Positions 40,701-51,486 of a DNA stretch of 64,000 bases are shown here, one piece after another. The stretch's first letter is position 1; each line of letters begins with the position of its first letter. A model generated the notes under the pieces. It worked only from the letters and a program-made list of their open reading frames with translations, searched no databases and was not told where the DNA came from. Source of the stretch: Paraspadella gotoi (taxonomy: Eukaryota; Animalia; Chaetognatha); contig CM119264.1 in assembly GCA_051294375.1 (NCBI GenBank), positions 6,223,073 to 6,287,072 of the forward strand, in the 5' to 3' direction. The translations under genes were made by a program, and so were the position numbers.

Positions 40701-43700
40701 TTGTATCTTTATTTAGAATGTCAAAGCTCATTAAAAATTCTAGCAGAATATGATATGGATTACTCAATACCTCCCGAGCTGATTATATTAAAAAATCACG
40801 AGCTCGTATATGGAAAGTAAATATCTTATGGATATGATTTTCAAATAAAAATTTTCCTATATTTTTTTTATCATTAACAAAGATTTTAACTCCAAAGTAA
40901 AAAATGACATCTTTCGAACGCTACTGAAAAATGTTTATTTTAATTAAAAACAACTATAAGACTATAGACTATAACTATACACTATACTATACTATACTAT
41001 ACTATACAACTATAGACTCCAACCACTGTCACCAAACACCAATACCAAACACCAAACATATTTTTTAGCTTATTATTTTTATAAAATTATTTATTATTTC
41101 ATTAAAAATATTTGGGGCTAAAACTAATTGAATTTCAATGTTGAGCAAATTAAAGTTTTATATTTGATAAAAGATACTCTAAAAATTAATACAAAAAATA
41201 TCCTTATTTGTAAATTTTTAAATTATATATGAAAATTTGAAAATTACTTGTTTCCACTATCTTATATTTTTATATTTTATGAATGTTTTTTACTATTTAA
41301 ACTATATTATTTAATTATATATTACTTTTTAAAAATATTAATTGCTTATTATATTTTATTATTTAATAACTCATTTTGGGAGGGGGAGGTCAGTGTTGTC
41401 TTCTGGAAATAGAGGAGGCATCTATACAAACACAAGGCTAGACTACAATAGAATACAATTAAAACTACAATATTTAATTTAATATCATTTGGCTTCAAAT
41501 TATTAAAGATAACATTTCCCTTTAAATCTTAGCAAATTAGGACCATAAGTTTATCAGTTATATCTTAGTTTTAAAGATCCTTTCCTCAATTAAAAAATTG
41601 CCTACTTTTATTCAGTTAACTACTAGGTAAACCAAAAAATTGTCTATTACCTATTTCAGAAAAAATATTTTCCTAAGTTCACCCCTTACTCTCTCTCTTA
41701 TCATTTGGTATCTTTTTCTTCTTATTTATTGTAAAAATCGCTCTTTTTCCGGCTACCTTTTATTACCAGGATTTTTTTTCTTACTTTCTCTACTATAAGC
41801 ATTTTCATATTACTTTCTATAGAAATTTTGCTTTTACTGTTTGCAACTCACCTGATCGCCAAGGCGATTTACATACATTGGCGCAGCCACTGGTTAGTCT
41901 TCTTCCTTTAAATTCATTTCCAAATCCGCATTCCATTTTTTTTTCCTCCGTAGAATACGCTCCCTGTCGCTCCAAAATATGGCCGCAGACCAAAGCCATT
42001 CCCGTTACGCGATGCTAATCCCTACACGAAGCCGCGCACTGAACACATTTGCGCGCTACCTGGGGCGCCATTTTGGCCGATGGACCCTCGATGTACCAAT
42101 CTCTTTCATTGCCTCTTCTCCCTGAAGAGGACGAACAGCAACTGGGAAGAGGGCCGATTGTGGAAGTCTTGGTGCGAGGAAAACTACGATGACGTCATTA
42201 CCAATTAAGAATTCTTCAAAAGTCTTAAAAAAAGTCTCAGATATCATAAAGACAAATACATTCCGATTTTCGAAAAAGGTGACGTGACATTTTTTGCTCA
42301 CATCGTCGACAAAAAAGTCACGCGACCGACACGTGAAAAACGCCAGCAACGTTTTAACGTGAAAAAAAGAAACGCGATTGCTCACGACGACGTAAGTCGG
42401 GATTGACGACATAGAATGTTACGAGCGATTCGAGTTTCTCAAGAAAAATGTCGTCGAGAAAATGTTTCGAAGATTTTTCAACTTCTGAAGCATTCAATGG
42501 CTTCAATCACTTGGATCAAGTGAAGAATGGGACAGTTGGACGCGGGACGTTTTGGAACAGGACGGAGGCTAAGGTTAAAGAAAAAAAGCGCGTGTCAAGG
42601 CTCAGTCAAGAGCAAAAAAAGTTGCACAAACATTTGCTAAAAATGTAAAATTGAAACCGACAAATCATCCGCGATCTGGGATGACAAAGGGACCACAGTA
42701 GTCATTGATGACGACGACGACAGTAGCGACAATGAGTTTTCCATCACTATCTTNNNNNNNNNNNNNNNNNNNNNNNNNATGTCACGTCACCCTTTTCGAA
42801 AATCGGAATGTATTTGTCTTTAATGATATCTGAGACTTTTTTAAGACTTTTGAAGAATCTGTAATTGGTAATGACGTCATCGTAGTTTTCCTCGCACCAA
42901 GACTTCCACAATCGGCCCTCTTCCCAGTTGCTGTTCGTCTNNNNNNNNNNNNNNNNNNNNNNNNNNNNNNNNNNNNNNNNNNNNNNNNNNNNNNNNNNNN
43001 NNNNNNNNNNNNNNNNNNNNNNNNNNNNNNNNNNNNNNNNNNNNNNNNNNNNNNNNNNNNNNNNNNNNNNNNNNNNNNNNNNNNNNNNNNNNNNNNNNNN
43101 NNNNNNNNNNNNNNNNNNNNNNNNNNNNNNNNNNNNNNNNNNNNNNNNNNNNNNNNNNNNNNNNNNNNNNNNNNNNNNNNNNNNNNNNNNNNNNNNNNAG
43201 AGCGATTTACAATAAATAAGAAGAAAAAGATACCAAATGAAAGAGAGAGAGTAAGGGGTGAACTTAGGAAAATATTTTTTCTGAAATAGGTAATAGACAA
43301 TTTTTTGGTTTACCTAGTAGTTAACTGAATAAAAGTAGGCAATTTTTAATTGAGGAAAGGATCTTTAAAACTAAGATATAACTGATAAACTTATGGTCTA
43401 ATTTGCTAAGATTTAAAAGGGAAATGTTATCTTTAATAATTTGAAGCCAAATGATATTAAATTAAATATTGTAGTTTAATTGTATTCTATTGTAGTCTAG
43501 CCTTGTGTTGTATAGATGCTCCCTCTATTTCCAGAAGACAACACTGACCTCCCCCTCCCAAAATGAGTTATTAAATAATAAATATAATAAGCAATTAATA
43601 TTTTTAAAAAGTAATATATAATTAAATAATATAGTTTAAATAGTAAAACATTCATAAAATATAAAAATATAAGATAGTGAAACAAGTAATTTTTCAAATT

Positions 43701-46700
43701 TTCATATATAATTTAAAAAATTACAAAATAGGATATTTTTTGGTATTAATTTTTAAGCAAAATCTTTATCAAATATAAAACTTTAATTTGCTCAACATTG
43801 AAATTCAATTAGTTTTAGCCCAAATATTTTTAATGAAATATAAAATAATTTTATAAAAAAAATAATAGCTAAAAATATGTTTGGTGTTTGGTATTTGGTG
43901 TTTGGTGACAGTGGTTGGAGTCTATAGTTGTATAGTATAGTATAGTATAGTATAGTGTATAGTATAGTCTATAGTCTATAGTTGTTTTTAATTAAAATAA
44001 ACATTTTTCAGTACGTTCAAGAATGTCATTTTTTACTTTGAGTTAAAATCTTTGTTAATGATAAAAAAATAGGAAAATTTTTATTTGAAAATCATATCCA
44101 TAAGATATTTACTTTCATATCGAGCTCGAATTTTTTAATATAATCAGCTCGGGAGGTATTGAGTAATCCATATTATATTCTGCTAAGAATTTTAATGAGC
44201 TTTGACATTCTAAATAAGATACAAAATATTTTTGGGCGACTTGAGTCTTGTGTACTTTTTACATCATCTTGATCGAGGTTTTAATCTCGTCATCATATCA
44301 GGATACAACTGAATATGTTACATTGCAAATATCTTAAATGTATGCATCCTTATTGTTATTACTAATTCTTTATTATCTGTTAATTTTTTTTATTATCAAT
44401 GAATTAATCTTTTTTAGTAATTTTATTGGTGCTGATACTCATATTTCATGCCATCTGGGAAAAGTATTTTTTGGGCTTAAAAAACAAATTGAAATTATAG
44501 TTGATAACGAAATTAAAATAATAAAAGAAAATATGTTGTTTTATTTATCTTTAAAAATAAATATAAGCAAAATATTTTGATTCATAATTAATTAAGAAAA
44601 ATCATTTCTTTACCTAAGCATTTCAGTAACACTTTGCTCAGTTAATTAGGCAAAATATTACCTAAGTACATCCCTTTAGAAAGAGACGAGAGAGAGATAA
44701 TATAGTTAAAAAACAAATTCTAGTTATGAAAAGTTTATATTAACGGCTTTTTTCTCAATGAGACACTTTTTGTCTGGGAACAATTAAAAAAATTAAACTC
44801 TTTTAAATCTTTAACATAAAAGCATTTGACGGTCTAAACAAGGTCAAAAAAATTAAGCACTTTAAATAGTGTATCAAGATGGATTCAGATTTTCCAAAAC
44901 GTTCACACAAGTGATCACACATTATATATACTCTTAAATTTAAAACACCTTTTATTCGATTTTGAAATTCTCAACATGAGAGATGCCGGTCGATTTTTAT
45001 CTGGCTTCCTAAATATGCAAAATTAGCGTTACGATCGAATTTGTCATGATAACGATGACGCTCTTTATTCGCGGTAATTTTAAACGTTTTATATTGTAAA
45101 TATTAATAAATAATGAATATTATAGTTTTTAGAATATATATTTTATAAATATAATAAATTTATAGTATTTGTATGACTAATATAAATAAGACAAAATTAG
45201 CAATTAAATGAGATCTGAATGCTTCTTTTTTCTACCAATATATGGAGGAATTTCAAGATTTTACATAACATAAAATATTAACTATTTCTTGGCTTGCTCT
45301 CTCAAGTCCTTATTACCATTATAATATAATAACATTGTATTATAAGAATTGTATAATTCATTTCGTTTAAGTTACTATATACGTGCTTTAATAAATAGGT
45401 AAATCTTGATACCAAATAGATTAAATAACCAATAAAAGTAAAATAATAAAACAAAGAAATAATAATACTAATATTAATATTAAGTATTTAATTAATTAAT
45501 AATAATAATTAATAAAAAAAATTATTTTAAAAATTACTGCAAAGAAAGAATTTAAATTATTTTTAAATTATTAATGGAATATTTTTCTATATTTTTTAAA
45601 AGTAATTTTTTAGTTCAACTAGGTTCCATTAGGATTGTACCCACTTAGGAATACGTAGGGATACGTGGGCGGAATACTATGGGTGCAATGTATGGTGAGC
45701 CCAATGCTAATGGGTGCAATCCTAGGGGGCAATTTTTATGGCCCAATACATACGTGGGCACAATCCTTGCTTACCACCGTATATACATATAGATAAGTGA
45801 AAAGGATTCCATTCAATATCATAATCAATTATAAGTATATTATGTTTGAATGATCAGGAAGAAAATTAAATTACAATCTAATAAATATTACATAAAATTT
45901 GAATAGCAAATACATAGATTTGGACGATTGGATCCTTTTTGTGGTTTGAGGGCAACATGAACGGGACTCATTTTTTGATATGGTATAAATAACTGTCTCT
46001 TATTAATTTGTTAATTTTCTGATTCATAATTCAAAAAAACTACTTCAATTTATAAAAGAAAACAGAGAACTTTTTGAGAGGGAAAACTTAACTTCCAGAT
46101 TTTTAAGAATTTGCTTTTGTTTTATAAGTTTAAATCAAAACATTGTCAATTAATTATAAAATTAATCGAAAACCTATTGTATGTAAAATAATATAGATTT
46201 GCTTTGTTAATTTCTTCAATCAAACCAGATTGAAAAAGTGAGTAAACCAAATTACGATTAAAAACAATATGGATAATATGATAACATTTTAATTGTTAAC
46301 AACAACGATGAGGCTAACAATTAGTTTCGAAAATGGTCCATTTTTATGTAAAACATTATTGTCGTTATGTTAACCATTAAAAAAAGTTTATTATTTTTCG
46401 TCTCTAAATCAAAACAACAATGAAAATAAATAATACAATGAACTTTAAAATAAAAAAAAAATCTGAGATAATTTTTTATGATTTAAAAAAAGTTTGGATA
46501 TGGTGCTCAAACCCTCATTCATCCTTAATTATTGGCCTATTAATAGTTATAAAAATGAAACTATAGTTAATAGGGAAAAATGGACTTCTATAATATAATA
46601 ATAGGTTTAAGAAGAAGGGGATAAAATTGTAATTCAAATCATATCCGTTTAAAGCATTTATGTTTTGTATAATATGTATTTGTTAAAAAATTTCATCTTT

Positions 46701-49700
46701 TATTAAATATTAATCTATATTTATTGTTATTTATCATTTGACTATATAAATCATATATTTTATATAATTTCTTCTTTAAATATATGTCAGACTGAATTTC
46801 ATACAAGCAAAACAAAAAATTAGCGATTAATTCTAAAATGTTTTCCTATAAAAAACAGAAAAAACTATAAAAACACAAACATGCACATAAAAAACTTATA
46901 AAAATTATTAAGCATTATGAAATTATTAATCAAAACATTAGAAATATTATTAATACAATTACATATGTTATTTAAAAAAAACTTAAACTCATCGTCAGAA
47001 TTTTCACAGGGAAGAAGATTGCTCTTTATTGAAAAATTCGCGAATATTCCGCCAAGGTTCGCTAGTATCTTTGTTCTTTTGGACCGGATTGACCATGTCT
47101 TTAACATTTAAAAAGATACGAAATACGTATTCGATCTCCGGGATCCTTCTTATGTTCGATCGCTATTTAATACTCTCAATATTTTTATACGAAAATTTAT
47201 TTTGATATATACGCCTGACTTAAGTTGTGCCAAATCACAGTTTTTTATGAAAACTTCTCAGAATGTCATGTATGAAATTACTAACTTTTTGGGGCGTCTA
47301 CTTTTTAAAATATTTTAATTAAGAAAGCATTTAAAACTTCGTTGTAAAAAAAAGGAACCAGTATTGAAACAAGAGGTATGATTGTTGTCTTAAATTCTCA
47401 TTTTTCTGGCGAAGGCTAAGCATAAATAATATCAATAAACTAAAAGCCCTTTTCTAGGTATATGGTCTCAAGAGTTGACAAAGCCCATGAATCTTTTCTT
47501 TTTAAGTTTGGTTTGATAGTTTATTTATTGTAATAACGTGCGTTTCTTCGTCGTCGCCCGCAGAAATCAAAGGCAGAGGGAATATTTTGGATTTTTGTGA
47601 ATTTCGGGTCTTCGACTTTTAAAAACAAAATTGAGTGGCGGGATATACAAACGGATCTACACATAGAATTTATAAAACTGGTAAAGATAAAGACATAAAT
47701 AACAGTATGTATTTCGTATTACGAATAAAATTCAAAGCGCAAAACTCTGACTTTAAACATCATTTGCGCCTTATCTTTTTTCCCCGCCCTTTCTTTTTCT
47801 CAGGCCTCGAGCGAAGGGGAGAAGACGTTTTTGACTCAGGGCAAATGGGAGGTGCACAAAATCGTCGCCGTCAAGAAAGACGACGACGACGACGACGACG
47901 ACGGCGCCGTCAGTGTCTTTTACCTCGGGACCGGACCCCAGCGCGGGGGCGGGGGAGATCCCAGGGAGAGGCATCTGTACAGGTGAAGGGTTGGGAAGGG
48001 CAATTGTCAAGGTTTGTGGCAGAGTGAAAGAACTGCAAGTGGAAAAAGATTTATTGTTCAGAGAATAAAATCATAGTTTACACTTTGGCTAGTTATAAAG
48101 TATGGGGAGAGGTGAGACTGCGCCCAATACGAATATTGTCATCTCTACCCTTCCCAAACTTGCCTTTACAAACTAACAGAAGTCCGGTATAAATATTGTT
48201 AATGATAAAAGATCGTAAAAATAAAAAAAAATTAAGATATATCTTATCGTTAAACGCATGGAAGCTATTTTATATTATCCAAATACTATATAATGTCAAG
48301 AATTTTTTTTAATAAATTTCAATTTTTTTAACAGATTCTGATTTTGATTGTAGTACTAACCTTTATCTAACTTTTTAATCTTTTCAAGCATTTATTATAT
48401 ATTGTTAAATATTAAAATGCTTCCATGCACGAGGAAAATTAATTTAATCAAAATCTAACATCATAAGTCAATTTGGTTGTAAAAGGACAAATACTTTTAA
48501 TTCAGACTATTTCATATTGTAAAAAATGTTAAATTCTGACCCGCCTTATTGCCCATCCTTACGCAACACTCCCCAACACCACTCTATCCCCCTCGCCACT
48601 ACCAGAGTGGGCCTGTCTCCCAGGTCGTCATTCCGTCGTCCCACGTGCGTCACTTGCTCCGTCAAAGACGAGTGCCGCTACTACGACGCCGCCTTCAGCC
48701 CCGACTCCTCGTTTCTCGTCCTGCGCTGCGAAGGACCCCAAGTGCCACACTCGACCCTGCGTCGCGTCGATGCCATCCGAGAGAAGGGTATGCTGTTTTA
48801 GAGAAGCCAGTAGGATATGCCGTTTTAGAGAATGGTACGTCGTTTTTTTAGAATGGTATGTAGTTTTATAAAGGGTATGCCGTTTGGGAGAAAGGTATTC
48901 CGTTTGAGAGAAGGGTATGCTTTTTAAGAGAAGGTTATGCCGAAGGGAAGATACATTCTTTTTTAAAAACTCTAAATGCAAAAAAATTCTTCCCTCTTTT
49001 CAGTAGCAATTTTAACTGATCTTTCCATTTCTGTGTTAATTTAAAATTCAAACGATTCTTCTAAAAATATTTTTTTTATTTTTAATTTTTGACGTCTGTC
49101 TCCTTTCCATATTCTTTAAAAACGTTTTTTTTTTTCGTTTTAATTATTTTCCCAAATTTTGTGATATTTTGTCCCGCCTTTTTCATAAACCTACGTTCAA
49201 CCTACCCTCAACTGCTTCTTCTTTCTCGTTCCTTCTAGTGTGACACTTTTTAAATTTCCCCTCGGACGCTTTGGCCAAATCTTTATATAGCCCACTTTTT
49301 CCAATATCATGCCTTTTCCCTGATTTCCCATGATCCTTTTGTTTTTCTCCTACCCCATTTTTTAACCCATATCCATTGCCTTCATCCTTTTCCTTTCGTT
49401 TTCTCTTATAGTTTTATTCATTGCCTTCTTATTCCCGATTCCTCTCTCTTTCCTCATACCCCACATTTCTTTTTTCTCTATTTCCTTTCCTCTTTTTTCT
49501 AATCCATTTCGTTTTTCCTAATCCCTCGTCTCCATCCCATCTTCCCCCCCCCTTTCCCCATCTCTCCCCCCCACCTCATTCACAGTTCTCCTCCTCGAGG
49601 ACAACTCCGGCCTGCGTCAGATAGTCGCCAAATTATCTCTCCCGAAGAGGGAATTCTTTAAGGTTCCCCTTCAACACCACAACGCCCCGTATTCCTCGCA

Positions 49701-51389
49701 GGTTCGAGTCCCGGCGCCGATCCTATTTTTTTCACAATTTTTTTTTTTTTACGTCGTCGGGAAATTGAAAAAAAAATGAGGAAAAAGGAAAGAGAAAATC
49801 AAAATGTTGAGTAGACTGAGGAGAAAGTATATATGAAGAAAAACCCAAAAAAGAGTAAAATAAAAAACAAACCGATTTTTTAAACATTTCATTGATATGG
49901 GAAGCCGGGCGCTCTGGGAGTGAATAAACCACCATAGTCCGTCCAAAGTCGGAGTCAAGAAATCTTGTTTATTGGTTGTACGTACAAATTTCAAAAATTT
50001 TCTGACCTGGACGTTTTTATCAGAGTGAAAAAAAAATGTCTCTTGATTAATGATTACAAATGATTAAACTTTCTAAACTAAAATCAAACAAATTTTTTTT
50101 CATACTTTTTACTGATTAATCTTAAAATTTCATCTTTTTTATTTTGAGTGCAGCCGGAGATCGAGTTCCTCTGGGGACAAATGCTTCGTCCTGTCGTAAT
50201 GAAAAAAGAACAGATCGTCAAGTATCCCGTCGTGTTTCACCTGTGAGTTCGATCACTTTCTTCACAGTTTTTCATGACATGAATCGACATCAATTTTTCC
50301 TTCTACATCCCCAGCAACGAAGTCCCCGGCAGCCAAGGAGCGACCTTCGAGTTCTCCCTCGACTGGCAGCACTTCCTCGCTTCGTTCCACGACGTCGTCG
50401 TCGTCAGTCTCGACGCAAGAGGCTCGGGCGGAAGAGGGGAAGCCTTCGCCAACGCTATCCACCGCCAATTGGGTGAGTCGAAATCATCGGGCGCTTCCAT
50501 TTTGTGGACTAAGTTTCGGCCTGAATTCATTGACAATTGCGTAAGGGTTGGAACTTTCACTATAAGCAGACGATTCAAATTAAAAAAAAAAGACTTTTAC
50601 CAAAATTTCCTGAGTTTTAGTTGAGTACTTTTTCTCGATTAAATGTNNNNNNNNNNNNNNNNNNNNNNNNNNNNNNNNNNNNNNNNNNNNNNNNNNNNNN
50701 NNNNNNNNNNNNNNNNNNNNNNNNNNNNNNNNNNNNNNNNNNNNNNNNNNNNNNNNNNNNNNNNNNNNNNNNNNNNNNNNNNNNNNNNNNNNNNNNNNNN
50801 NNNNNNNNNNNNNNNNNNNNNNNNNNNNNNNNNNNNNNNNNNNNNNNNNNNNNNNNNNNNNNNNNNNNNNNNNNNNNNNNNNNNNNNNNNNNNNNNNNNN
50901 NNNNNNNNNNNNNNNNNNNNNNNNNNNNNNNNNNNNNNNNNNNNNNNNNNNNNNNNNNNNNNNNNNNNNNNNNNNNNNNNNNNNNNNNNNNNNNNNNNNN
51001 NNNNNNNNNNNNNNNNNNNNNNNNNNNNNNNNNNNNNNNNNNNNNNNNNNNNNNNNNNNNNNNNNNNNNNNNNNNNNNNNNNNNNNNNNNNNNNNNNNNN
51101 NNNNNNNNNNNNNNNNNNNNNNNNNNNNNNNNNNNNNNNNNNNNNNNNNNNNNNNNNNNNNNNNNNNNNNNNNNNNNNNNNNNNNNNNNNNNNNNACTGT
51201 GAAAGGGGAATTTTAAAAGTCTTTGAAGATGCGATGTTAACAATTGGGTGGTTAATTAATAAATTAAGCTATTCAAGAGAGAATATATGTTACGATGATG
51301 ACTTAATGGGATGACAATAATCCATCTATCTACCTGTCATTGTATTTTCCTATCTGTTTGTATGTCTGTCTGTCTTTCGGTCGGTCTAT

Positions 51390-51486
<97 letters not shown>

